Origin: Methanotrichaceae archaeon
Lineage (GTDB): Archaea > Halobacteriota > Methanosarcinia > Methanotrichales > Methanotrichaceae
Reading direction: 5' to 3'
Length of the DNA: 64,000 bases
Assembly (NCBI GenBank): GCA_963754945.1
Contig: CAVWIG010000017.1
Span: 160,001 to 224,000 of the forward strand
Notes under the pieces: generated by a model
What the model was told of the DNA's origin: nothing
Seen by the model: the letters and a program-made list of their open reading frames with translations, nothing else
Databases searched by the model: none
In this document: positions 52,035 to 61,737 of the stretch, piece by piece
How positions within the stretch are numbered: the first letter of the stretch is position 1
Layout of the letters: each line of letters begins with the position of its first letter
Position numbers and translations under genes: made by a program

Positions 52035-54294
52035 CCCTTCTTACCCCCACATAGCAGACCCTGCCGTCCATGATCCTGCTCAAATCTGATTGAATATCTA
52101 TTCGGAGAACTCCTCTGGGGACTCTTATTGATACTTTCGAAACGGCTTTGATGCTTCCCCTGTTCGTATCGAGGATAATCCTGTCACCGCTGGAGATCCC
52201 CAGGGATTTGGCGTCCTCAGGATTCAACTCCGCCCATCTATCCCTGGTCAAGTACCTCAGATCGGGAATCCTGGACGTCCTTGTGCCGCTTCCAAAGGAA
52301 TACAGGCTTGGACCAGCCAAAAGGATAAACTGGGCGTTGTCTGAAGGCTTTTCTGGAGCCTTCAGGACAGAAGACTCTATGTCTGCCTCATTCTGTGCGG
52401 GTTGACCTTGCATCTCCCTGAGGACAGATTCAGGACCTTCAAAATCGAATCCAACAGCGCTCATTTTAGCTGCAAGCAGGGCTGTGATCTGCCAGTCTGA
52501 CCTCGACCCGGCCAGAGGCTCTATTGCCTTTTTAAGCCTCAACAGCTCTCCGCCGGGTCCTGAGTAGGTGCCATCGACTTCGGCAAAGCTGGCCGCTGGA
52601 AAGACCACACTCGCCAGCTTGGCAGTCTCTGTCAGGAAGATGTCCTGGACAACAAGGAACTCCAGCCCGGACAGAGACTCTACCATCTCCGGCATCGCCC
52701 TAGCCGGGTTGCTGCCCACGATATAGGCAGCCTTGATCTTTCCTAGGGAGATAGCCTGAATGGTCTCATGGTAATCTCGGCCCATGCCGAGAATGGAGAC
52801 CCCCTGAGAGTTGCAGTTTGCACCCAAAACCGCCAGCCTCCCCTTCAGGGCCTTGGCCAATCGGCTTGCAGCTACGACTATATCGGCACAGCAGTCCGGC
52901 CCGATCACCAGAGTTGCGCCCGCCAGCGAGAGAGCCACGTTACGTATCTCTTCTTCGGTCACTCCTGAGCCGTTCAAATCCAGATCCTCTCCCGAGATCG
53001 CTCTGGTGAGAGCTACAAGGATGCTGGCCTCTTGCCCGGGCACTGGCGCTAGCCACGTGGAGGACGCCCTGGCTAGGCCGGTCTTCAATGGGCTTATAAC
53101 AACCAGGTTCTTTGCCGATCTAAGGGCCAGTTCTGTCGCAGGATTGGTTTCGGCCAGGTCGCCCACGACGAGAACAGAGCCGGCTGAAATTAGATCCTCA
53201 TGCTTTATTCCTGAGGCTATTGCGTCCGGGGCCACGGCAACGCTATTCATGACCTCACGGGCAAACTTCTGGACAAGGTAGAGGGCTTCGTTTGTGCAGA
53301 CACCGGAGGTGATTGCTGCGAACTGCTCACCTGAGTATCTGGCAAGCCCCTCCGCCGCCACAGCCAATGCCTCGTCCCAGCCAGCCTCGACCAGTTTTCC
53401 GTTCTTCCGGATTAGAGGCAACTTCAGCCTGGACGGATCCTGGACGAAACCTGTCCCGAATCTTCCCCGAACGCATAGTTTATCTCCGACAGATGTCACC
53501 CGCAGCAGCTTTCCGCCAGCAACCTCTAGGCCGATCTGACAATTGGCGCTGCAGAAGGGACAGGTGGTAATTATCACGTCATCGGACGGGCCCGACCACC
53601 TCTCCGCTCGTTCAGCCAGAGCGCCTGTGGGACAGACGTCGACACACGCCCCGCAGAACCTGCACCCCACTTCTTCCAGCGGCTTCTCGAAGGCAGTTCC
53701 AATGCCCGCCTCGAACCCCCGGAAGATGAAAGAGATGGCGCCAGCTAATCGTTCCTCACAGGCGCGAACGCAACGGCCGCACAGGATACACAAGTTGGGG
53801 TCACGATCGAAGAAGGGGCTCCGTACAACTTGTTTGGATGAGCCGATGTGGGAAAGCTCAACCTTCTCCAGGCCGATAAGCTCCACAGTCTCCTGGAGGG
53901 CGCACCTTTGGTCTTTTGGGCAATACCGGCATCCCATGGTCTGGGGCACCTTTCTCATGGGTTCTCTGGCCTCATCACACCTACCGGCGCGCTCGCAGGT
54001 CAAACAATTCGATGGATGTTCGGAGAGGAGCATCTCCAGGATACTTTTCCGGAGATCCAAAAGGGCGGGAGTGCTGGTCCGGACGACCATCCCTTCATTG
54101 ACGGGCAAGGTGCAGGATGAAGGAAAACCGCGGATGCCCTCGATCTCAACAAGGCACAGCCTGCAGCCGCCATAGGGCTTCAGGCCGGGGTAATCGCACA
54201 GGCCAGGTATCCTTATCCCGGACCGCATTGCAGCTTCCTTGACGGTGGTACCAGCCGGAACATCTACCAGAACGTCGTCGATCTTCAGATGCAC
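52027..54294 (-). CDS. NuoG/FdhA-like multi-Fe-S molybdopterin-family subunit (Mo-ligand segment apparently missing)
   Basis: [2Fe-2S] GGCRLC, HxxxCxxC, CILCGRCVRAC, CRFCGACVDVCP, CPFCSANC...C, VQDIFLTETA..A.VVFPA. Confidence 0.85.
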   Translation of the reverse strand: MHLKIDDVLVDVPAGTTVKEAAMRSGIRIPGLCDYPGLKPYGGCRLCLVEIEGIRGFPSSCTLPVNEGMVVRTSTPALLDLRKSILEMLLSEHPSNCLTCERAGRCDEAREPMRKVPQTMGCRYCPKDQRCALQETVELIGLEKVELSHIGSSKQVVRSPFFDRDPNLCILCGRCVRACEERLAGAISFIFRGFEAGIGTAFEKPLEEVGCRFCGACVDVCPTGALAERAERWSGPSDDVIITTCPFCSANCQIGLEVAGGKLLRVTSVGDKLCVRGRFGTGFVQDPSRLKLPLIRKNGKLVEAGWDEALAVAAEGLARYSGEQFAAITSGVCTNEALYLVQKFAREVMNSVAVAPDAIASGIKHEDLISAGSVLVVGDLAETNPATELALRSAKNLVVISPLKTGLARASSTWLAPVPGQEASILVALTRAISGEDLDLNGSGVTEEEIRNVALSLAGATLVIGPDCCADIVVAASRLAKALKGRLAVLGANCNSQGVSILGMGRDYHETIQAISLGKIKAAYIVGSNPARAMPEMVESLSGLEFLVVQDIFLTETAKLASVVFPAASFAEVDGTYSGPGGELLRLKKAIEPLAGSRSDWQITALLAAKMSAVGFDFEGPESVLREMQGQPAQNEADIESSVLKAPEKPSDNAQFILLAGPSLYSFGSGTRTSRIPDLRYLTRDRWAELNPEDAKSLGISSGDRIILDTNRGSIKAVSKVSIRVPRGVLRIDIQSDLSRIMDGRVCYVGVRRDV

Positions 54295-56210
54295 TGGACC
54301 ACCTTCTTCCCTGACTTTCTGGTTACCGCGCTGAACTTCTCAGGGCATACGGAGATGCAGACGCCACACCTTATGCATTTGTCCTGGTCGATGACGTGCG
54401 CCGTCTTGAACTGGCTGGAGATGGCCTCAGCCGGACAGCTTTCCGCGCATATTCCGCAGGATCTGCATTTTCCTGGGTCAATGTGGAAAGAGGTCAGATC
54501 TTTGCAGACGAGTGAAGGACAATTTCCCCTGAGAATGTGCTCCTCGAACTCACTCCTAAAGAACTTCAATGTCGTGATAACGGGGTTGGGGGCACCCGCG
54601 CCAAGGCCGCAGAGCGAGCCGCTCCTCACAGCGTTGGCCAGTCGCTCCAGCTTTGATAGATCGGATAGATCGGCTTCGCCTCTCGTTATCTTCTCGAGGA
54701 TTCCCAGCATCTGCCTTGTGCCTATTCTACAGGGCGTGCATTTTCCACATGACTCTCTGTGGGTGAAGGTCAGGAAGAATCGGGCAAGGTCAACGATACA
54801 GGTGCCCTCGTCTATTATTATCATGCTTCCTGAACCCATGATCGATCCTTCTTTAGCGAGAGACTCGTAGTCCACGGGTGTATCCAGGTGGGCAGCAGGT
54901 ATGCACCCGCCAGAAGGGCCGCCTGTCAGTACACCTTTGCAGGCACGGTCTCCAGGTATGCCTCCGCCGATATCGAAGATGATCTCGCGAAGAGTCATGC
55001 CCATGGGAACCTCGATGAGTCCCGCCCTTCTGACCGCTCCGGCAAGAGACAGTGTCTTGGTGCCCTTGCTCCTTCCTATGCCGATTGAGTTGTACCAGTC
55101 TCCTCCACGATTTATTATGGCCGACAGGTTGGCAAAGGTCTCAACGTTGTTTATGTTCGTCGGTTTGGACCAGAGCCCTGCGTTGGCCGGGAAAGGCGGC
55201 CTGGTCTTGGGCATTCCCCTATGTCCTTCGATAGAGGCCATGAGCGCGGTCTCTTCACCGCAAACAAAAGCTCCAGCTCCCTCTTTTATGGTGATGTCGA
55301 AATCCATTCCCGATCCCAGGATGTCATCTCCTAGGAGACCGTAATCCCTGGCCTGGCGGAGCGCTATCTTCAGCCTCTGGAGGGCCAGAGGATACTCAGC
55401 CCTACAGTAAATTATGCCAGCGGTAGAGCCTATGGCGTAAGCTGCAATCAACATCCCTTCCAGGACAGAATGGGGGTCGCCCTCCAGGACGGAGCGATCC
55501 ATAAATGCCCCCGGATCTCCCTCATCTGCGTTGCATATCAGGTACTTCTCTAGGCCAGGAGCCTTGCGGCAGAACTCCCACTTCATCCCAGTGGGGAATC
55601 CTGCTCCGCCGCGACCTCTGAGTCCCGATCTCTTGACCTCTTCTATGACAGCCTCAGGCTTGGTGCTCAGAGCCTTTGCAAGGGCGCTATAACCGCCCCT
55701 GGCCAGGTAATGGTCTATCCTCTCAGGATCGATGATGCCGCAGTTCCGAAGGGCAATCCTAATCTGGGGTTTGAGCATCGGATGGTCCCAGATCGAAGGG
55801 ATGGAGATGTCAGTAGGTGCACCTTGGTCCTTAACATCCAACAAATCCACGACACCCAAAGCCCGTTCTTTCCATAGGTCATCTCCCAAGATGACCCTGT
55901 CCACTAAGGATGGGACAACCTCAGGTGTCACATAGCCGTAACAGACCATCGGCTGGCCTGGTTTTTTTACATAAACCAAAGGCTCAGCGTAGCACAGCCC
56001 CAGGCATCCCACCTTCATGTACCTGGCCCGAAAATCCCTTCCTGATAGCCCCGCCTTTATGGCGTCTTGGGTCTGGCAGGCCTGAGCGGATATGCCGCAG
56101 GTGGACATGCCTGTGCACACAAGGGTATCCTCGGAGAATAGATCGTCCCAGGCCTTCTTGGCCTCTCTGCGGATCTTTTCCAGATCTTCAGAATCCGAAG
56201 CAAGCTTCAT
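54285..56210 (-). CDS. HydB/NuoF-like NADH-binding flavoprotein with N-terminal [2Fe-2S] and C-terminal 2x[4Fe-4S]
   Basis: GRGGAGF, CNADEGDPGAFMDR, GAFVCGEETAL, NNVETF, GGPSG, ESCGKCTPCR, two ferredoxin motifs. Confidence 0.93.
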   Translation of the reverse strand: MKLASDSEDLEKIRREAKKAWDDLFSEDTLVCTGMSTCGISAQACQTQDAIKAGLSGRDFRARYMKVGCLGLCYAEPLVYVKKPGQPMVCYGYVTPEVVPSLVDRVILGDDLWKERALGVVDLLDVKDQGAPTDISIPSIWDHPMLKPQIRIALRNCGIIDPERIDHYLARGGYSALAKALSTKPEAVIEEVKRSGLRGRGGAGFPTGMKWEFCRKAPGLEKYLICNADEGDPGAFMDRSVLEGDPHSVLEGMLIAAYAIGSTAGIIYCRAEYPLALQRLKIALRQARDYGLLGDDILGSGMDFDITIKEGAGAFVCGEETALMASIEGHRGMPKTRPPFPANAGLWSKPTNINNVETFANLSAIINRGGDWYNSIGIGRSKGTKTLSLAGAVRRAGLIEVPMGMTLREIIFDIGGGIPGDRACKGVLTGGPSGGCIPAAHLDTPVDYESLAKEGSIMGSGSMIIIDEGTCIVDLARFFLTFTHRESCGKCTPCRIGTRQMLGILEKITRGEADLSDLSKLERLANAVRSGSLCGLGAGAPNPVITTLKFFRSEFEEHILRGNCPSLVCKDLTSFHIDPGKCRSCGICAESCPAEAISSQFKTAHVIDQDKCIRCGVCISVCPEKFSAVTRKSGKKVVQCI

Positions 56211-56229
56211 AAAACCTAATCAAGATCGC

Positions 56230-56679
56230 TTAATCCAAATCGTCAATAATTGCCTCGGCCTGGAGCGGGGTTAGGTTTCCGTAAACCACGCCGTCTACAG
56301 CCATAACAGGAGACCGGGAGCAGCAGCCTAGACAGGCGACCGTCTCCAGGCTGAACCTTTCATCCTGAGTGGTGTGACCCGGCTGAACGCCCAGGCTTCT
56401 AGAGAGGCGTTCCAGCAGGTCTTTTCCCCCCTTGAGATAGCACGATGTTCCCAGGCAAACCTTTACCTGATGCTCTCCGGGCTCAAAGAGCCTGAACTCA
56501 GAATAAAAGGTGGCCACCCCATAGACCTCGCTCTCTGAGATCCCTAAAACCTCACTTATTACTTCCACAGCATCCTGGGAGATATAGCCTAGCGTAGATT
56601 GAACTCCCTGCAACAGGGGTATCAAAGCTCCTTCCTTCCCCGGAAGCTCTTCGAGCAGTGCTCTTATTTTAGCCTCCAT
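56230..56679 (-). CDS. HydC/NuoE-like [2Fe-2S] subunit
   Basis: YGVATFY, VCLGTSC, ACLGCC. Confidence 0.93.
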   Translation of the reverse strand: MEAKIRALLEELPGKEGALIPLLQGVQSTLGYISQDAVEVISEVLGISESEVYGVATFYSEFRLFEPGEHQVKVCLGTSCYLKGGKDLLERLSRSLGVQPGHTTQDERFSLETVACLGCCSRSPVMAVDGVVYGNLTPLQAEAIIDDLD

Positions 56680-56899
56680 CGCATCTCCAAGGTATGAATC
56701 CAAATAGTGCAGGTAAGCCTAGCCTACTTCGAGGTACTTTAAATTATCGATCGTTACGATAAGGAATCGTCATCATCTGCGATCAGATCTAAGTTGTGGT
56801 CGTCCGCGAACGTTAGTAGGCAGGATAGTTCTTTTTATAGTCCTGGATATTGGATGCGGGAAAGGTTAATAGCATGGGAAATAGATGTTGTAGACGTTT

Positions 56900-56990
56900 G
56901 GGCTCGTGGGGTAGAGGACATCCTAGCGGGCTTCGGAGACCAGATCGGAGAAACCCGCTGACCTGGGTTCGATTCCCAGCGAGTCCGCCA
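56900..56990 (+). tRNA. tRNA-Arg(TCG) with 16-nt intron (56937-56952)
   Basis: Acceptor GGGCTCG/CGAGTCC, encoded CCA, anticodon TCG 56933-56935, bulge-helix-bulge (CTTC pairs with intron GGAG) at the canonical 37/38 site. Confidence 0.95.
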
Positions 56991-57090
56991 TTCTAACCAA
57001 TCTTCAATCCTAGCCAATGCAATGGAAATCCTTTAGGCAAAGGGAAACTCATTTCTTTTCGTAAAGACATTTGTCCCAATAGGTGAGGGC

Positions 57091-58032
57091 TTGGTTGATC
57101 TTTTCGGGACAAAGAAGTACACAGATCGAATCAGTGAGCTTGAGTTGCTCGTCTCAAAGTTGACGGAGGAGAAGCTTGAGCAGGCCTCCCAGCTCGAAAA
57201 GCGGGAGGAGAAGATTCGAAAGATGACTAGCGCCTATCAGGAGGCCAACTTGGCCCTGAAGGCAGCAGAGGTGAAATCTTCCTCTTCTTCGGCTATGCCC
57301 CAGAAGGCTGATGTCGAGATGAAAATTGGCCAGACGGTCCATGGACTTAGGCTCGGGCCAACGGAGGTGGATAAGCTACTGGAAAGGCTTGATGCCATCA
57401 GATCTCCAGAGGACGATCTTCTCACAGCTTACCTTGAGAGTCCGGTCGATCTACCTCCTGAAGCGGAGAAGCTTGCAGTATCGATCAAATCCGACCGGGG
57501 AATGGCTGTTCTTCACTGCCCTTTTATCTTCACCCTGGTCCTGGTGCCGCCGTTGCCTGTGACGCAAAGTCCTCTCACTTTCGGCAGCGCGTTCCAGCTC
57601 GATCAGCTCCGGGATTTTATGGAGACTCCGGTCCTTGTCGTATCAGCCCATGCAGGAGACACCTTCATAGGTTTGGCCCTGACCAAAAGCGATTTTGAGA
57701 TTCAGGAGCGGGTGGAAAGCCCGGTTAAAGAGAAGCACTCCAAGGGCGGCTGGAGCCAGAAGAGATTCGAGAGGCTTCGCGAGGAGGATATCCGCAACCA
57801 TGCCGATGCCGTGGTCCAGAAGCTCGGGGAGATGAGTGTAAGATTCAGATCCATAGCTAAGTACGCGGTGATTGGCGGAGATCATGACCTCCTGAGGATG
57901 ATATCGCCATCGCTGGATTTACCTGTCGTCGAAAGGAAGCTTGAAAGGCACGACGAAAGGAGGTCCGACAAGCTGTTGGAGGAGGTTTACAGCTTCTATT
58001 GCTATCGTAGGCTACCGGATTTGAAAGAGTGA
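57091..58032 (+). CDS. Vms1/ANKZF1-like release-factor family (acVLRF1) protein with N-terminal coiled coil
   Basis: KHSKGGWSQKRFERLR catalytic-loop motif, GGD. Confidence 0.82.
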   Translation: MVDLFGTKKYTDRISELELLVSKLTEEKLEQASQLEKREEKIRKMTSAYQEANLALKAAEVKSSSSSAMPQKADVEMKIGQTVHGLRLGPTEVDKLLERLDAIRSPEDDLLTAYLESPVDLPPEAEKLAVSIKSDRGMAVLHCPFIFTLVLVPPLPVTQSPLTFGSAFQLDQLRDFMETPVLVVSAHAGDTFIGLALTKSDFEIQERVESPVKEKHSKGGWSQKRFERLREEDIRNHADAVVQKLGEMSVRFRSIAKYAVIGGDHDLLRMISPSLDLPVVERKLERHDERRSDKLLEEVYSFYCYRRLPDLKE

Positions 58033-58038
58033 AAGACA

Positions 58039-58938
58039 ATGGTTGAAGCCGAAAAAGGAAAAAAAGTCGAAAAAAAGACTTCAGAGGGTTGTGAGACCCC
58101 AAAGGTTAACCTTGCCGAGCAAGCCCTTTCTTTCGACTGGCATGTGAGAAGGAGGGTGGCCTGGAATCCGGGCACCGGGGAGGAGGTTCTGCGGCGGCTG
58201 GCAAAAGATGATGTACAGTGGGTCCGGGAGGCAGTAGCTGGCAATGAAAGAACCCCGGAGGATGTCCTAGTTCGACTGGCAGGCGACAGTGATGGATTCG
58301 TCAGGGCCGCAGTGGCTCTGAACGGAAGAACACCCGCAGTCTTGGATGATCTGGCCGTGGATGAGGCGGTGGACTACGACTACACCCTCAACAAAAATCG
58401 CTATCTCATAAAAGAAGCAGTAGCCAGGAACCCGAACGTCACCCAGGAAGCTCTTCGAGTCCTCTCATCCGATGGCGACGAGCATGTCCGGGCATCGGCC
58501 GCGTCTAACCCTGGGATTACGCCAGAACTGCTTGCCAAGCTGTCCAAGGACGTGAGCTGGCTGGTCAGAGACGGGATTGCCAAAAACGAGGTAACTCCTG
58601 AGGCCATGCTTGCTTACCTCTCCGCTGACAGGATTATGGATGTGAGGATCTCTGTAGCTCTGAACGCCAAGACGCCTCAGACGGCATTGGACGCCCTAGC
58701 CTTGGACAAAAGCTGGGAAGTTAGGGAAGCAGTCGGCCGTAACCCCAACCTGGACAAGAAAGCCCTTGCAGAGCTCTCTAGCCATTGGTCGTGGAAGGTT
58801 AGGGAAGCGGTTGCTCTAAACTCCAGCACGCCTGAAGAAATCGTGGAGCATCTGGCCATAGATCCGGATCAAAGCGTCAACAAGTCTGCACGAGAGCGCC
58901 TGGCTAAACTGGCTAAAACCATACAGCAAAAGCTCTAA
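58039..58938 (+). CDS. HEAT/leucine-rich-variant repeat protein
   Basis: About ten 24-aa repeats VRxAVAxNxxTPxxxLxxLxxD. Confidence 0.85.
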   Translation: MVEAEKGKKVEKKTSEGCETPKVNLAEQALSFDWHVRRRVAWNPGTGEEVLRRLAKDDVQWVREAVAGNERTPEDVLVRLAGDSDGFVRAAVALNGRTPAVLDDLAVDEAVDYDYTLNKNRYLIKEAVARNPNVTQEALRVLSSDGDEHVRASAASNPGITPELLAKLSKDVSWLVRDGIAKNEVTPEAMLAYLSADRIMDVRISVALNAKTPQTALDALALDKSWEVREAVGRNPNLDKKALAELSSHWSWKVREAVALNSSTPEEIVEHLAIDPDQSVNKSARERLAKLAKTIQQKL

Positions 58939-59527
58939 TCTCTGAAACTTGCCATCCGCCTTCTCCAAATGTGCCGCCCTGGCTCCGCTTGAATATCTCT
59001 TTGGTATGGGGCTCTATGAGGGTCAACTCCGCCTTCGGGCTCAAGTCAGGGGCTTCTTTGGGCCTCCAGGGTGGCCTCAGCCTTCTGGGCCGCTCAGCAG
59101 TGGGCTTGACCGGTAGGGTTTGACATGGATCGGGAACAGAAACGCCCTGAATCTCTGACAGATCATCGTTGAGCATCTCTCTGTCCAGGTAGGACACACC
59201 CGTCGATGTCTTGATATCCATCCCAAGAAGGTCCTCGGCGGTCACTATGCCCACCAGGTCGTTTGGAACTGGCGACATGAGCCTCACAATTCCACACGCA
59301 CACCTGGGGTGGTAATCCTTGAACCTGTACCACAGCCTTCTGGCCTGGTCATGGCTGCTCTCGGCCGCAGAGCTGGGCTTAGAGTCAAAAGAGGCAAGAA
59401 TGGACTTAACGGTATCCAGCGTGATAGCCACATAATTGCAGTCGTCGGGGTAGACGGAACCCCGGGCATCAGTGGCAGTAAACACTGCATCCATCAGAGT
59501 CTGGTAAGAGAACGTATCCTCAGGCAT
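58913..59527 (-). CDS. hypothetical protein
   Basis: 204-aa ORF with ATG start; C-terminus overlaps the convergent gene. Confidence 0.65.
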   Translation of the reverse strand: MPEDTFSYQTLMDAVFTATDARGSVYPDDCNYVAITLDTVKSILASFDSKPSSAAESSHDQARRLWYRFKDYHPRCACGIVRLMSPVPNDLVGIVTAEDLLGMDIKTSTGVSYLDREMLNDDLSEIQGVSVPDPCQTLPVKPTAERPRRLRPPWRPKEAPDLSPKAELTLIEPHTKEIFKRSQGGTFGEGGWQVSEIRAFAVWF

Positions 59528-60135
59528 GCCATATACTAATATTCTTATAGGATAAAAATGTTTTGAATGTTGTGCTAATAGAACTTGAATATGGGCTATA
59601 TGTCGCCTACAGGTTGAGGGGATCTATTTGACACACGAACTAAATCAGTTTGTTGTTCCTGATCAGATTATACAACTAAAAAAAAACGGCCTAACTGCTC
59701 TTCTGCAAACTATCTATCCACAAACTTTAGGCATAGATCTGCCAGATCGCCTGTCATCTTTCGATTATGGCAATGAATAGCGATTATGACGATATAGAAT
59801 TTATGCTACGAAAGCTGGGGAGTTCGAGGCTAAATTGCTATTTGTAGTATACGCTAGGGTTACATAGCTAAAGAAAAAGACGATAGCTTACTACAAGTTA
59901 TGCATACCTGGCTTGCATGCGAGGGCCTCGTCGTACTTGCCATGATGGTAGAGCGACTCCTTATTGAACCAATTTTCTGCGGTGAGCCCGTCTCAGCATA
60001 CCATCATATTGAGCGTTGCAAATTGACTCTCGCAGTAGTATCTCCTGGCTGTATTTCAAACCCACTATTACCAACATATTTACTCGAATTATCTTCATAT
60101 TGTGCACTAACCGTGTGATAACCGAGGGATAGATC

Positions 60136-61124
60136 TGCTGTGTCGATTAAGCTTAAATAGTTTAAATATAAATATTATATCATGAACTATGTTGATAATA
60201 GAGACTGGCCAGAATATAATGCCCAACTTGTTCGAAGAGGCGAATTCTATCTCGATTTGAGTTGTGTGAAGAACTGGAGTTGGGAATTAAGAGAAATGAA
60301 TAGAAAGAAAACAGGCGCTCCATACAAATACCCTAACACTTTTATAACTTTTGCATCAATAATATACTCTTTTTTTCGAATGCCATATCGTCAACTTGAA
60401 GGATTCTTTGGACGACTTTCGACCTATGAACCAGGATTGGTGGCGGCAGATTATACCACCCTCCATAAGCGAATCTCTAAGCAAGATCTTGGAATAGAGA
60501 TACCAGAGAACGACGCTGTTGTTGCAGTTGATTCAACTGGGATAAAGGTAACAAATAGAGGGGATTGGATGCGCGAGAAACACGGAAAGCAGCGGCGAGG
60601 ATGGCTTAAAGTTCATGTGGCAGTCGACGTTGAATCAAAGAGATTATTGTCTATGGAAATTACAGAAGAAGACACCTCGGATAGCGAGGTTTTGCGCCCT
60701 TTGTTGAAAGACGTCAATATTGAGGAGGGGTTGATGGATGGCGCATATGACACAAACGACGCATTTGAATTTATGAAATCGAAAGGTGTAGATTGTCCAG
60801 GGATTAAGATCAGAGAGAACGCGATAGTAGGTAAAGATGCATCAGCCAGGTCAACAGCTGTTCTGGAATTCAAAAAAATGGGCTACAAGGGTTGGAAGCA
60901 AATGCATCAGTACGGTAGAAGGTGGGCAGTTGAAGGCTTCTTCTCATCGATCAAGCGTATCTTTGGTGAGACGGTTCGGGCATCTTCACCCGAAGGAATG
61001 GTCGCCGAGATTAAAAGAGCATTCATTTTGTATAATATACTTAGGAGCATATAAGTAATTAGTTAAAATAAATTATGAATTCTTGAATAACGAAATAATA
61101 CTATAATAATCATGCGACACAGCA
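60136..61124 (+). mobile_element. IS5-family (ISH1/IS903-like) insertion sequence
   Basis: TIR TGCTGTGTCG / CGACACAGCA and 8-bp TSD GATAGATC (60128-60135, 61125-61132). Confidence 0.93.
60182..61054 (+). CDS. IS5-family DDE transposase
   Basis: RDWPEYNAQLVRRG, VDSTG, WLKVH, DGAYD, YGRRWAVEGFFS.IKR.FGE. Confidence 0.94.
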   Translation: MNYVDNRDWPEYNAQLVRRGEFYLDLSCVKNWSWELREMNRKKTGAPYKYPNTFITFASIIYSFFRMPYRQLEGFFGRLSTYEPGLVAADYTTLHKRISKQDLGIEIPENDAVVAVDSTGIKVTNRGDWMREKHGKQRRGWLKVHVAVDVESKRLLSMEITEEDTSDSEVLRPLLKDVNIEEGLMDGAYDTNDAFEFMKSKGVDCPGIKIRENAIVGKDASARSTAVLEFKKMGYKGWKQMHQYGRRWAVEGFFSSIKRIFGETVRASSPEGMVAEIKRAFILYNILRSI

Positions 61125-61737
61125 GATAGATCTGGAATATACAGGTAACCACCCATGCCTGTCACTCCCTTATACTGGCCATCAACCCGCACACTTGCAT
61201 TATCGACTCCCACACCGTCCTTGAGCACAGTTACATCTACAGAAGATGTTATAATCGCCGTTCCCACAACAATGAGTAAGGCAAAAAGAATTGCAACCAG
61301 TAAGCAAGTCAGAGTCTTTTCTTTCATAGATTTCATTAAGAATCTTCAAGGACAAATGTTTTGCTGCGGATATAGTCTTTGCCAAGGCCAAAGAGTCGGG
61401 CTGGGGTCTCATCTCCCCCGCACGTGAACATCAGTGAACGCTCACCATATTTAAACCACAGTAGGGGCCGAGTATCTGGATCAGTATCAAGACAAATCCC
61501 ACTACTAGGCCCTTCGAAACGGTCCACATTTCCTCCTTTGCTACATCCTGTTCCCACATCGCGGAAAGGTTTCAACCCTTTCAAGTATATCTATTGTTTA
61601 TTTTATAAATATATTTCTTGTTGTGAAAATAATAGTACAACAACTAAAACATACGGAACTTCGAGAGCGCGTACACCAGTAAAAAATCGAAAAAATGATG
61701 GCCTCATGAAACCACCATCCCCGATCCGAGGCTAGTA

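Larger units (their letters stand above)
60004..61336 (-). pseudogene. small secreted PEGA/carboxypeptidase-regulatory-like domain protein interrupted by IS5
   Basis: MKEKTL..signal..DNASVRVDGQYKGVT..YIPDLS continues past the IS as LGYHTVSAQY...TARVNLQRSI* (stop 60004-60006). Confidence 0.8.

Noticed and set aside
52027-54294. Calling this subunit formate dehydrogenase alpha or an [FeFe]-hydrogenase
   Set aside because: No Cys/Sec-His Mo-ligand loop and no H-cluster motifs
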